This document shows, one piece after another, positions 26,737 through 37,120 of a DNA stretch of 64,000 nucleotides. Under the pieces are notes generated by a model. It worked only from the letters and a program-made list of their open reading frames with translations, had not been told where the DNA came from and made no database searches. The stretch comes from Candidatus Poribacteria bacterium (GTDB lineage: Bacteria; Poribacteria; WGA-4E; WGA-3G). The position numbers and the translations under genes are program-made. The stretch spans positions 208,046 through 272,045 of the forward strand of contig CBDHGE010000001.1 in NCBI GenBank assembly GCA_965262955.1, in the 5' to 3' direction. Each line of letters begins with the position of its first letter. The stretch's first letter is position 1.

Positions 26737-27891
26737 TTAGGATACCTCAACAACAGGTGGGTTAATGAAATCGTGATATTTTTCTGCTACCTTACCAGTG
26801 GCTGCATCGCCTGCATGGATAAGAACGCGGAATCGGAAATACATCTGTTCACCCTTTTTGAGCGTGTAGGAGCCATCTTTAGACGGGTCTCCTTCAAAAG
26901 TGCCACCCCCGAAGATATTGCTTCCCATTAATCCGTAATTCCGCACATGCCAGTAAGTTGGATAGCGAGGATTGACGAGGTGATCAAATACAGCAAGCCC
27001 GACAGGTGTTCCATCAACAACACCAGAATAATCGCACCAGTTCGCACGTTTGCCCCAAGTCTCATCCTCATTGATACCACCAAAAGCGTTCTCTATCTTT
27101 CCACCATCAGAGGCATTCATCGACGGATGGACGCGGATGGACATAATACCACCCTCTTTGGTATCTCCGAAGTAGACATCTCCTGCTGAAGCGATAAAAG
27201 TTAAATCAAGGTCGAGAAGTGCGGCATCCTCAGGTAGGTTATAGATGCGGAAGTTCTGCTTGTCCGTCATCAACACGTCGCCATCTTTGGTCTCCCAACT
27301 ATTTTCAGTATAAATCTTAGCGACGACAGCACCACCGTGTTTTTGGGTAAAACCTTGATGCACGACCTTTCCAGAATTGCTTCCTTCACCCCATAGATCA
27401 ACGTCATTAACTTCGCCGTATGCGACGTAGAGGGAACGGTGATGCACATGATCTGCAGAGATGTCACTCGTTTCCCCGCGTGTTACTTCGCATCCATTCG
27501 GACCGAGGACAGGAAAAAAGTAAGGGCGGAACTGCGATTTAGCATAGCGGAACGTTGTAAACGGTCGATCATTGAGTGTAACCGCGATAGTTCCGGTTTC
27601 CTCTTTCAACTGAACGCCTGATTCGCCTGCGACGCTTCCTTCAGACAAGGAATAGGTCCGCGATTCACCGACAGCGAGTCCATCAAGTACCCAACTTAAG
27701 GTGGTACCACCATCCTCGTTGGCATCGCACTGTGCCGAGATGACGCTACCAGTTGCCGTATCTGTCAAGGTGACAGCACGATTGTGAAGTTGGTTCACAC
27801 CAGGATGGTCAAGGTTAGCACTAACGGGACATCCATCGCGATCGTGAAAACCAGCGTTGACAGTAAGCGTTGGAAGGTTCTGATTTGCCAT
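26737..27891 (-). CDS. PmoA-like family protein (DUF6807).
   Basis: A WHVRNYGL-type motif is present. It is adjacent to a Gfo/Idh/MocA oxidoreductase, as is typical for this family. Confidence 0.5.
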   Translation of the reverse strand: MANQNLPTLTVNAGFHDRDGCPVSANLDHPGVNQLHNRAVTLTDTATGSVISAQCDANEDGGTTLSWVLDGLAVGESRTYSLSEGSVAGESGVQLKEETGTIAVTLNDRPFTTFRYAKSQFRPYFFPVLGPNGCEVTRGETSDISADHVHHRSLYVAYGEVNDVDLWGEGSNSGKVVHQGFTQKHGGAVVAKIYTENSWETKDGDVLMTDKQNFRIYNLPEDAALLDLDLTFIASAGDVYFGDTKEGGIMSIRVHPSMNASDGGKIENAFGGINEDETWGKRANWCDYSGVVDGTPVGLAVFDHLVNPRYPTYWHVRNYGLMGSNIFGGGTFEGDPSKDGSYTLKKGEQMYFRFRVLIHAGDAATGKVAEKYHDFINPPVVEVS

Positions 27892-27998
27892 AAATTTCCT
27901 TTTCTTATCAGGGATTCCTTTTCTAAGCTGGAGCCATTTAGCTTTCGATCGTGGCTAAAGCCGGGCAGAGGTAGAACTAAATGGCTCTACCCGATCTA

Positions 27999-28352
27999 TT
28001 AACTTTCCTCAGAGGTCAGCGCAAGGATTCCCTCTTCTTCACTATTGTAGGTCTCGAAAACGCTCATTAATCTGCCGAGAATAAGAAGGTTTCGGATATG
28101 TGCCCCTGCGTTGACGAGTGCGGTCCGCCCTCCTTTACGGGAGACCGTCACGTTTACAGAGACAAGGGTGCCGAGACCGCTACTATCCATCCGAGTAACA
28201 TTCTCAAGGTTGAAGATAACCTTTGGAGAGTCAAAGTGCTCCTCAAGTTCCTCATTAATCTGCTCTCTGATTTCAGCGTTCGCCGCACCAATCATGCGGC
28301 CCGTGGGTCGAATAACAATAACACCTTCTCTTTGACGTATTTCTGCTAACAT
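27999..28352 (-). CDS. STAS-domain protein (anti-sigma-factor antagonist, SpoIIAA/RsbV-like).
   Basis: It has the STAS fold pattern, with NLENVTRMDSSGLGTL, at 117 aa. Confidence 0.8.
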   Translation of the reverse strand: MLAEIRQREGVIVIRPTGRMIGAANAEIREQINEELEEHFDSPKVIFNLENVTRMDSSGLGTLVSVNVTVSRKGGRTALVNAGAHIRNLLILGRLMSVFETYNSEEEGILALTSEES

Positions 28353-28570
28353 CTATTTTCCTTTCTTAGTTGATTGGGTTATTACACCGATATAGATTGT
28401 GATTTATAACCTAACAAAAGATGTTCAATAGGTTAATATAGTTGATTTTAAAAACTATGTCAAGACTTTAGTGAATTTTTAGGAAGATTCGTTTTTGGGC
28501 ATGCAATATTTGTCAGGTACGCGCAAAAACGGATTGCCAAAGATTTCCAGTTGTCTTAATTCTTTTACAG

Positions 28571-30325
28571 TCATTTTTCAACTCCTTTGGAATAAGAACG
28601 ATACTCTATCAACGCGGATCTGCCTATAATTGCAACGATTCGTACCATCAGTTCCCTTCCGTCAGCATCCGTGAGACGCAAATCTTCTCCAGGAATAAAA
28701 GTAACTGGCTGCTGTTGTCCCTCATTGATGGCTATGTTGGAGGCATAGAGATAGGTGCGGTCGTGCGTGTCGCGTTTCGGATTCAAACGTCCAGACAAGC
28801 CGGGTATATGTCCTGTTGCTTCTGGAAAGATTACCGAGCCACCATCAGAGAGACTTTGCATTTCAAGTGCCAGTTGCCCTTCTGCGGGTACCCAATCGTG
28901 TTCAAGATGTGCAGCAAACCCAGGGGAAGCCGCATATACTGTCATTGGGAGATGGGTCGTGTGCAAATCGATTTGCGCTGTGCCATTCTCGTCGGTAGTT
29001 GTCTGTTTCCATGTTTTATTTGGAAATAGTGTTAATATTTCAACGCGGGGCAGCGGATTGCAGCGGTGGTGAGTAAGGATATTCGCAGTGGCAGGCGTAG
29101 GTTCTGTATCCGCAGCCGGAAGAGTGAGAACCAGATCCGAATTATCAATGAGTCGATACTCTGGAGTTCTTCCGCTTAAAGCCTCAGTTTCACGAAAGAT
29201 TGTTGGCACCCCATCTCCTCGTCGTTCCATAAAGAATTGTCGATCACCAGAGCCTTGGATGTCCGCAACGGGTATTCGTCCAAGCATTGAGGCAAGAGCT
29301 TCGTTTCGCGTTGATTGGCGGACATCCATACTGTCGATTGTTAGGTTGTTCGGTAGTCTGCCGGGAGAGTTTATTTCAAGGCGATCCACGAACATTGAGA
29401 GTCGAATTCGGCTTCCACGAATTGAGTAGTCGCGGTGAACAACAGCATTGACGATTGCTTCAAACAGCACCTTTTCACTATACTGTGGTAGGTCGGTACG
29501 CGCAGGACTCTTGTAAGCACCAACACGCATGTTTCGGACTGCAAAGGCAATTGTCTCAGTAATTTGCCGGTTTAGCGGACCAGTAATTATCTGGGCATCT
29601 ATCTGACCGGATGCTCGATCTTTGCCTCGATAACAGGTTGCAGCGATACAAGCATTGGAAAGCCATTCTTCTGGCGAGGGGCTGCACAACAGCACCCCCG
29701 CCACCGTGGCGCGTAGAATTCCATTTTCGTCGCTGGTCAGAAGTCCCATCTTCTCCAGTGCCAATTCAGGGGCAGCGGCACCCTCGGCACTCAACAAAGG
29801 TTTCCAAAGAGATTCATCTAAAGATCCAAAACCTGTCCCCAGAACCGCTTGCTTATCGAACCAAAGGAAGCGGGACTGTGCACGCTGCTGTGCGAGACGT
29901 AACCTTTCATCACTCGTCATTTGGCACTTTGAACTACCAACGCGGTGGTAGCTGCGACCGGGACTGTCGTATTGGGTGTTCCCTTGCGGAATCTCGATTA
30001 ACAAAAACGGTAAGCCTGTCTCTATTTCTCTGCGGAGGATAGTAGGACGGATCGCGGGTTTAATCATGTCGGTGCAAACCTCTACCAAAAGTCTCTCCAA
30101 TTCATCCATCTGCTCACGTGACATACCTTGAATATCGCCGCTGTCGGTTACACCACAAAGTAATACACCTCCATCTGTATTGGCAAACGCAGCAAGTTCG
30201 TCTGCGAGATCAGCACGACGAGGACGTTTAGGTTCCCTTCCTGCGAACTCAATTTCCTTGAACTCCCAGTGACTATCTTCGCCTAAACGCATCTGGCGTT
30301 TAATTTCTTCGTCACTGAAATGCAT
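28571..30325 (-). CDS. Schlafen/AlbA_2 DNA-binding domain plus HATPase_c_4 (RecG C-terminal-like) putative regulator, 584 aa, with an extra C-terminal region of about 150 aa.
   Basis: The N-terminus HWEFKEIEFAGREPKRP...LAAFANTDGGVLLCGV is AlbA_2-like. The central region is ATPase-like. Confidence 0.6.
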   Translation of the reverse strand: MHFSDEEIKRQMRLGEDSHWEFKEIEFAGREPKRPRRADLADELAAFANTDGGVLLCGVTDSGDIQGMSREQMDELERLLVEVCTDMIKPAIRPTILRREIETGLPFLLIEIPQGNTQYDSPGRSYHRVGSSKCQMTSDERLRLAQQRAQSRFLWFDKQAVLGTGFGSLDESLWKPLLSAEGAAAPELALEKMGLLTSDENGILRATVAGVLLCSPSPEEWLSNACIAATCYRGKDRASGQIDAQIITGPLNRQITETIAFAVRNMRVGAYKSPARTDLPQYSEKVLFEAIVNAVVHRDYSIRGSRIRLSMFVDRLEINSPGRLPNNLTIDSMDVRQSTRNEALASMLGRIPVADIQGSGDRQFFMERRGDGVPTIFRETEALSGRTPEYRLIDNSDLVLTLPAADTEPTPATANILTHHRCNPLPRVEILTLFPNKTWKQTTTDENGTAQIDLHTTHLPMTVYAASPGFAAHLEHDWVPAEGQLALEMQSLSDGGSVIFPEATGHIPGLSGRLNPKRDTHDRTYLYASNIAINEGQQQPVTFIPGEDLRLTDADGRELMVRIVAIIGRSALIEYRSYSKGVEK

Positions 30326-30776
30326 GAATCTTCTCCAAAGTCGAGCGTTGCACTATTTTTGTTGGTGTTTTTACCTGATTTCTTTCTTGTCATACACTTT
30401 TAAACAGTCCTACCTACAGTAAAACGGACAGTTAACAATGCGGCGTGAACCAGCGAGGGTAGGAAGCCTCGCCTACCAAACGGTAGGTGTTCCATCTTGT
30501 AGTTAAAATAATATCACATGTGGTGTAGAGATTCAACGACTTTATAGTAAAACCCATAATTATTTATACATCGGATAGGGTTAGTAAGGGCTGGGTTATC
30601 CAGCCCCTACGAGCGTCCCATGTGGGCCTTCATATTTCAGAGTGACCATATATTTTCGGATTTTACTATAAGGAAAGGCCAGCACCAATCGTCTGAATCA
30701 ATGTTACGGGGATAGTAAGGAGAGTTAGAATGAGTGGTGCGGTTGCAAACCGCACCTACCATTTTGAAACCGCTAT

Positions 30777-32234
30777 TTAACGTCCTGTAGATGGCTGTGG
30801 TGGCCAGTGCAGTCCGCGTTGACCCGATAAGGCGCGATTGGGAGACGGGCGATACTCCCGATCTGGTAAACCGACGAGTTTGCCATCTTGCAACCAGTCT
30901 TCATCGCTCCCATAAAGTTCACCTATCAGATGGTTTGTCAATTGATCAAGGATTTCAGCATGCTCTGGCGAATCGGCAAGGTCGTTCAACTCCCTCGGAT
31001 CTTCTTCCAAATCAAAGAGTTGTCGATAGTTTCCCGTGGCATAATAGATAAGTTTGAAACGTCCAGCATGAACCATCCGAGTCGCATTCCCGCCAACACC
31101 GCATTCACCATATAACCACTCGCGCTTTTGATCGCCTACCATAGGTATGCCGTCAACCGTATCTGGAATATCAATGCCTGCTAAGTGGAGTAGCGTCGGC
31201 ATTACGTCCTGCCATCCGACGAGTCGATCGTCTACTCTATGATGTCCCACCCGTTCATCGCCTGCAGTACCGACGAGGAGCATAGGAACGTTAGCGGAAT
31301 CTTCATAGTAGAGCCGTTTCGCCCACATCCGATGATTGCCGAGCATATCGCCGTGATCAGATGTGAAAAGCAGAATTGTGTTGTTCAACATCCCTTCTTC
31401 CCGCAAAGTACCGATGACAACACGGAGTTGATGGTCAATATGCGTACAGAGGGCATAAAACGCTTGGCGTGCCGAGCGAACCTGATCCTCTGTAAAGTGC
31501 TCATCTTGTTTCTGTCGTCCTTTTATTGGTAAAGGCAGCTGATCAGTCTGCTTTGCCCACTCACCATAATATGGCATATCTACGTCAATATCGCGATACA
31601 TGTCCATATAACACTGGAGAGGTGCCAGCGGCGGATGCGGATGGCAATAAGAAAGAAACCAGAATCCGGGTCGCGTTGGGTCGCGGCGTTTAATCATCCG
31701 CACCATCTGCTGGGTGCTCCAGTTCGTGACGTGGCAGTCCTCTGGTAAATGCCAAGGTCGATTGAGATAGTCGTTATTGCACATACCGTGTGCGAATTGT
31801 TGACCGGCATAACCTCTATCGCCAAGGAAAAGCTCATAATCGTCAACTGCGCCGTATTGTAATCTGCCTTCTTCACCCAATATCACATCGTCGAACCCGA
31901 TGCGGTCGCGTTGTGGATAAACATGCAGCTTGCCAACAGCATAAGCCTGATAACCGGCGTTTCGAAAGGTTTGTGCGATCGTCGGGAGGCCATCAATCCC
32001 TTGCTGGTCGTTAAAAACCCGATCTTTGTGGGTGCGTGTTGTTGTTCCGGTCATCAACGTTTTGCGTGCAGGAACACAGACTGGACATTCGCTGTAACCG
32101 CGGGTAAAACGGGTACCAGCACGAGCGAGTGTGTCTAAGGTTGGAGTTTGGATGGCGGTATGTCCACTGACACCTAACAGTGAGTTGGGCCAATGATCCG
32201 TTGAAATCAGAAGTACATGTGGTTTGTCAGACAT
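30777..32234 (-). CDS. Sulfatase (arylsulfatase family).
   Basis: The formylglycine motif CVPAR lies in SECPVCVPARKTLMTGT. The N-terminus LLISTDHW matches the family. Confidence 0.85.
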   Translation of the reverse strand: MSDKPHVLLISTDHWPNSLLGVSGHTAIQTPTLDTLARAGTRFTRGYSECPVCVPARKTLMTGTTTRTHKDRVFNDQQGIDGLPTIAQTFRNAGYQAYAVGKLHVYPQRDRIGFDDVILGEEGRLQYGAVDDYELFLGDRGYAGQQFAHGMCNNDYLNRPWHLPEDCHVTNWSTQQMVRMIKRRDPTRPGFWFLSYCHPHPPLAPLQCYMDMYRDIDVDMPYYGEWAKQTDQLPLPIKGRQKQDEHFTEDQVRSARQAFYALCTHIDHQLRVVIGTLREEGMLNNTILLFTSDHGDMLGNHRMWAKRLYYEDSANVPMLLVGTAGDERVGHHRVDDRLVGWQDVMPTLLHLAGIDIPDTVDGIPMVGDQKREWLYGECGVGGNATRMVHAGRFKLIYYATGNYRQLFDLEEDPRELNDLADSPEHAEILDQLTNHLIGELYGSDEDWLQDGKLVGLPDREYRPSPNRALSGQRGLHWPPQPSTGR

Positions 32235-32245
32235 AACTGTTCCTT

Positions 32246-33037
32246 TTACCGATCATACCGGGCAAAGTAAAAAGTCTTGAGGGGTTCATCTGTGTCGTTG
32301 ATGAGGCTATGCCCTGGATTCGATGAAGCTACTGAGACCGCATCGCCCGGCATCTGCCGATAAACATTCCTGCTGACGACGTGGATGCCGTTGCCTTCAA
32401 GCATATACCAGACCTCATCCATATCGGGACCGTGACCGTGTGTATCTGGTGTTTGCATCGCTTCAATTCGGACTACCAGCACTGAATGCAGCACCACTAA
32501 ACCGTCATCCGCACCGAAAATCGAATGTACAAGATGTGTCCAATGCCCTTGTCCTAAAGGACGTTCTCGGTAGTTACGAATGAGAGCGTCTTTACGCGGT
32601 GCCTCCACGCCATCCGGGACAACTTCTTCCAACATTAGGAATTCCAGCGGTGCGTTCTCTGGATTATCCAAAACGTGTGTGAGTCCGGGCGGGACGAGGA
32701 TCGCATCACCTTCTGCGACATGCTGTTTCAAGTCTCCTGCTTCAAATACACCCGTTCCATCAACGACATAAAAAATAAGTTGACGGTCATCCAACGCTGT
32801 TGGAACGGAAGCAATTCTCGGCTCAAGATAACATCGCGAGAAACTATCAACATATCTTAGGATTGCTCCCTCTCCATCCGCAGCGTCCCCTGTGCTTTTG
32901 CTAAAGATTTCGCGCTTAATGATATTGCCATGTGTTAGGCTCGAAGGGCTCTGTAACCAATGCCGCATATACATTACGAAGTACCTCCAATGTGGATCAG
33001 TTGAATGAACACGCGCATCAAATACAACACGCACCAT
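32246..33037 (-). CDS. Cupin (bicupin-like) domain protein.
   Basis: Two cupin-like G..H.H...E motif regions are present. Similarity is weak. Confidence 0.4.
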   Translation of the reverse strand: MVRVVFDARVHSTDPHWRYFVMYMRHWLQSPSSLTHGNIIKREIFSKSTGDAADGEGAILRYVDSFSRCYLEPRIASVPTALDDRQLIFYVVDGTGVFEAGDLKQHVAEGDAILVPPGLTHVLDNPENAPLEFLMLEEVVPDGVEAPRKDALIRNYRERPLGQGHWTHLVHSIFGADDGLVVLHSVLVVRIEAMQTPDTHGHGPDMDEVWYMLEGNGIHVVSRNVYRQMPGDAVSVASSNPGHSLINDTDEPLKTFYFARYDR

Positions 33038-33184
33038 CCTATCATCAGTGGTGATAATTCACAATGAAAAAGTTCTGTAGATAGGCACTCAGTTGTCTGT
33101 TGTCTGTTCTCAGTAACAGAAACGTATAGCAGTAAACATCGTCTTATATGCTACAAACTGACACCAATTACTGTTCCAAGTCTA

Positions 33185-34315
33185 TCACACAGACATAACG
33201 GTTGTATTTGTTAGATAGGGGGATTGAAAATGGGTCATATCACCGGCTTGGCATCCAGGGACAGGAAAAAGACGCACGGATAAAGGCTTGGCGAGTTGCG
33301 TAGAGAGAGCAGCGACATCCGTTAGAATAGCAGCAATCTGAGATGTTGAAGCATCGCCAGGTATAGGAATTGTATCCAGACCCGTACCGCAGACAGAAGA
33401 ATAGAGAAGGAGGCTGTCTAAGTTAAAATAGCCTGCTTCACTGCGTTTTCCCAATCCGACATCCTCAAGAACGGGGAGCATTAATCCTGAATAACCACAT
33501 AACGGTAGGTCAAGTGCTCGGAGTGTCCGTGTTATACCTGCCGCAACTGCCAGTGTGCCGCGTTCGCCAAAATAGCCGGGCAGCTGCTGTTCCATGGCGT
33601 GAGCGATACTTTCATTGCCCATCGGAGCGGGTGACACATCAATACCGACAAACTTCATTCCCCACTCCTGCGAAAGCGTTTGCGCAAGTTCCACAATCTT
33701 CTGTCCCTCGGTTTCCATACAGGTCTTCAGGTTATGCAATCCGATTTCCAAATTAGGGGCATCCATGAAAGCGTCTTGCACAAGATCTGCCGCCTGCCAT
33801 CCGATGCCGAAGTTAGTTCTGGTGTCGCGCCAGAATGCAGCTGGGAAAAAGGGGGTATTTGGTGGGCAGTTCATCAACGCTGCAAAACGGAGGTTCCCGT
33901 AACCAGCATCGGTTCGATGTGCTATCTGCTGAATGACCTTTGCGGTGCTTTCAGTGATATCCGATGCTACGTCCCCAGACTGTGTTGTAAGGGTAGCAGT
34001 GGCAAAAAGGATCTTACTCTGGACAATCACATCAGCAACAAGGTCAAGATGCATTTGGGTGTGCCGTTTTCCCGGCAGAACTGTCCCCAAGTTGAGGAAC
34101 TCTATTCCTAATGCCCGCGCCTCAGATTCTAATCTCAGAATTGCATTTACATCCCGTGTCTCATCCCAGATTTGACAACTTACACGTGTTGTTTGTACGT
34201 CGTAACCGTTCGCTTCAAAATAGACTTGGGAGGCAGCGTTAAACCTTGCTGTGCGTTGAAGTTGGTACGGCGAAAAAGGGAGCGGAATGCCAGTAGTAAT
34301 CGTACGAATTTTCAT
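33185..34315 (-). CDS. UPF0210/DUF711-like protein.
   Basis: The N-terminus MKIRTITTGIPL resembles the DUF711 MxIRTITxGI signature. Confidence is low. Confidence 0.35.
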   Translation of the reverse strand: MKIRTITTGIPLPFSPYQLQRTARFNAASQVYFEANGYDVQTTRVSCQIWDETRDVNAILRLESEARALGIEFLNLGTVLPGKRHTQMHLDLVADVIVQSKILFATATLTTQSGDVASDITESTAKVIQQIAHRTDAGYGNLRFAALMNCPPNTPFFPAAFWRDTRTNFGIGWQAADLVQDAFMDAPNLEIGLHNLKTCMETEGQKIVELAQTLSQEWGMKFVGIDVSPAPMGNESIAHAMEQQLPGYFGERGTLAVAAGITRTLRALDLPLCGYSGLMLPVLEDVGLGKRSEAGYFNLDSLLLYSSVCGTGLDTIPIPGDASTSQIAAILTDVAALSTQLAKPLSVRLFPVPGCQAGDMTHFQSPYLTNTTVMSV

Positions 34316-34333
34316 ATCGCTCGCGCTAACGTA

Positions 34334-35305
34334 TCAAGCAGAATCTTCGCCATAAAGCCCGATATGCCGGTAACGTTCATGTCTTTGTTGGACCAATTGT
34401 TGAGGGGTCATCTGCATCAATTCGGTGAAGTGTCTACGTATTGAACGTCTGACACTACGTACTGCGGCTTCAGGATCCCTGTGCGCGCCGCCCAATGGTT
34501 CGCGGATAACCTGGTCGATAATACCCAACTTAAGCAGGTCGGGGGCTGTAGGTTTATAGCCTTCGGTTGCCTCTGGAGCGTGTTCGCCTTTATCCTTCCA
34601 CACAATACCGCTACAGGCTTCAGGTGGCGCGACGCAGTAGATAGCATACTCCATCATTAACACGCGGTTTCCGACTGCAATTGCCAAGGCACCACCGCTC
34701 CCACCTTCTCCGATAATAACGACCAAAATTGGAACGCGCATCGCCATCATTTCAGCAAGATTCTCAGCAATCGCCATTGCTTGACCATATTCCTCGGAAC
34801 GGAGATCGAAATGCGCGCCCGGTGTATCGACAAAACAGAGCAGCGGACGATTGAATTTATTTGCTAATTGCATCAACCGCCTTGCCTTGCGATAGCCTTC
34901 TGGGTGCGTGTAACCGAAATTCATTTCCTGCCGTTCTTCGAGATTTGTGCCTTTCTGCTGCGCGAGATAGACGATGGGTTGTCCATCAAACCATGCCAAA
35001 CCTCCGATGAGTGCCCGGTCGTCGCCGTATAACTTATCATTATGAAGTTCAGTGGGTTCATCAAGGAGCGCGTTGATATAGAAAGGAGCTTGTGGACGTT
35101 GCGCATGACGCGCCAACCTCACTTTATCCCAACGGCTTAACTTTTGGAACGTCTGTTTTGTGAGCGTATCCACATTTTGCTTTAGCGCATCAAGCCCCTC
35201 AGCGAGATCCAAATCCGGGTTGGTTTCTGCAAAGGCTTCCAATTCCGTGAGATGGTGCTCCAATTCAATGAGTGGTTTTTCAAATTCAAGTTCTGCTGTA
35301 TTCAT
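34334..35305 (-). CDS. accA: Acetyl-CoA carboxylase carboxyltransferase alpha subunit.
   Basis: ELEFEKPLIELE...LARHAQRP...GGSGGALAIAVGNRV is collinear with E. coli AccA. The likely start is MNTAELEF at 35305. Confidence 0.9.
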   Translation of the reverse strand: MNTAELEFEKPLIELEHHLTELEAFAETNPDLDLAEGLDALKQNVDTLTKQTFQKLSRWDKVRLARHAQRPQAPFYINALLDEPTELHNDKLYGDDRALIGGLAWFDGQPIVYLAQQKGTNLEERQEMNFGYTHPEGYRKARRLMQLANKFNRPLLCFVDTPGAHFDLRSEEYGQAMAIAENLAEMMAMRVPILVVIIGEGGSGGALAIAVGNRVLMMEYAIYCVAPPEACSGIVWKDKGEHAPEATEGYKPTAPDLLKLGIIDQVIREPLGGAHRDPEAAVRSVRRSIRRHFTELMQMTPQQLVQQRHERYRHIGLYGEDSA

Positions 35306-35436
35306 ACTTTGATTCCGTCGTATTAGTTGTCGGCAATCAGCCATCGGCTATCGGTAAATACCTGTAGCACTTGTGTAGTATGTCCATACCACAAACTGCC
35401 CTTATCCGACTGTCGACAGCTGACTGCTAACCGCTA

Positions 35437-37047
35437 TTAAGATTCACGTAGTTCGCGGCTAAGCCCGATCCAGACACAGATACCCATGCCCAATAACACA
35501 ATAGCGAAAGGGAAACCCGTCGCGAGGGAAGCAGCTTGTAATGATTTCAGCCCTCCGCCGAGCAGTAACGCTATAGCGACTAATCCTTCAGCGGTACACC
35601 AGAATACACGTTGCGGTATCGGTGCATCAACCTTGCCACCCGCTGCGATGATGTCAATTATCAGAGACCCTGAGTCCGACGAGGTAACGAAAAAGATTAT
35701 TGTTAACGTCATACCGACACAGGAAAGGAGCAATGTCAACGGAAGCCCTTCAAACATTTTGAAGAGTGCGAGTTCTGGCTTATATGCTTCAACTATCTCG
35801 GTTACGCCCGTGTACCCCGTAGTGAGGAACTGGTGGAGGGCAGTCCCACCAAAAGCACTAAACCAGAGTAGACATAATATTGTCGGTAGAAGAAGGACGA
35901 AGATGACGAACTCGCGAACCGTGCGTCCCTTTGAAATTCGGGCAATAAAAGTGCCGATAAAAGGTGCCCAAGCGATCCACCACGCCCAATAGAAAGTCGT
36001 CCATCCGTGGAAGAATCCAGTGTCCTCGCGACCGATCCAGTTGCTGAGCGGCACAATCTTCATGACATAGGTGCCGAGCCCCGTGAAGATAGTGCGGAAA
36101 ATATAGAGCGTTGGACCGAGTAGGAAAACGGCTAATAGTAATAAAAAGGCGAGAATGATATTGAATTGGCTGAGACGCTTGATACCGACATTAATACCAG
36201 TCATCACAGAAACCAACGCGATTGCCGTAATGAATACAATCAGAAGCACCATCGTGAGGCCGCTCGCTGGAATCCCAAACAAATAGTCAAGCCCGGAGGT
36301 TACCTGTTGCACCCCCAAACCCAGCGAGGTAGCGAGTCCAAAGATACCTGCGAATATGGCAAAGGTATCAATGATGTGCCCAGGCCAACCCCATATACGG
36401 TCGCCGAATATAGGATAAAATGCTGAGCGAATGAGTAATGGAAATCCCTTGTTGTAGGCGTAAAACGCGAGCGCAAGCCCAACGACACCATAAATTGCCC
36501 AACCTTGCAGTCCCCAGTGAAAGACCGTCGCGGCTATACCCAAGGAAGCTGCGGCCTTAACTTTGGAATCCCCAGCGTCGGGCACATTTTCAGCGGTATA
36601 GATCGTATCTGTGTTATAAGCCGTTTCTACGCCGAGCGGTGGACTCTGAAAGTAGGTAACCGGCTCCAACACACCAAAGAACAGAAGCCCAATGCCCACG
36701 CCTGCCGAAAAGATCATGGCAAGCCATGTTAGGTAGGAGTATTCGGGTTCGGCATCTGCCCCACCAAGGCGGATTTTTCCGAGTGGAGAAAATGCCACAA
36801 CCAGACAAAACAGAAAAACGAGATTGGTGGTAATCATGAACAGCCAATCAAGATTCGTGGTGAGCCAAACTCTGAGATCTCCAAAGAGTTTTGTTGCCCC
36901 CTCCTGGAAAATAAGAGACCCGATAATAAAAACAATGATAGCGATACTGGAAATAACAAATACAGGTGTGAGGTAAATCTCTAAACCGAATAACTTCTTA
37001 TACTCCCTCTCCTGCATATATTTGGGCTGATTTCCTTCTTCGCGCAT
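35437..37047 (-). CDS. BCCT family (betaine/carnitine/choline) transporter.
   Basis: The BCCT signature is WWIAWAPFIGTFIARISKGRTVREF. The protein is polytopic. Confidence 0.85.
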   Translation of the reverse strand: MREEGNQPKYMQEREYKKLFGLEIYLTPVFVISSIAIIVFIIGSLIFQEGATKLFGDLRVWLTTNLDWLFMITTNLVFLFCLVVAFSPLGKIRLGGADAEPEYSYLTWLAMIFSAGVGIGLLFFGVLEPVTYFQSPPLGVETAYNTDTIYTAENVPDAGDSKVKAAASLGIAATVFHWGLQGWAIYGVVGLALAFYAYNKGFPLLIRSAFYPIFGDRIWGWPGHIIDTFAIFAGIFGLATSLGLGVQQVTSGLDYLFGIPASGLTMVLLIVFITAIALVSVMTGINVGIKRLSQFNIILAFLLLLAVFLLGPTLYIFRTIFTGLGTYVMKIVPLSNWIGREDTGFFHGWTTFYWAWWIAWAPFIGTFIARISKGRTVREFVIFVLLLPTILCLLWFSAFGGTALHQFLTTGYTGVTEIVEAYKPELALFKMFEGLPLTLLLSCVGMTLTIIFFVTSSDSGSLIIDIIAAGGKVDAPIPQRVFWCTAEGLVAIALLLGGGLKSLQAASLATGFPFAIVLLGMGICVWIGLSRELRES

Positions 37048-37120
37048 TTTCTAAATTCTCCTTATTAGGCTAATAGGTACGCTTTGCAAACGCGCCCAAT
37101 GTTCCTATAGGCGTAACTGA

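Noticed and set aside
30326-30776. Possible tRNA or tmRNA in a long structured intergenic region
   Set aside because: No acceptor-stem or T-arm (GTTCRANYC) signature was found. The hairpins are simple stem-loops.
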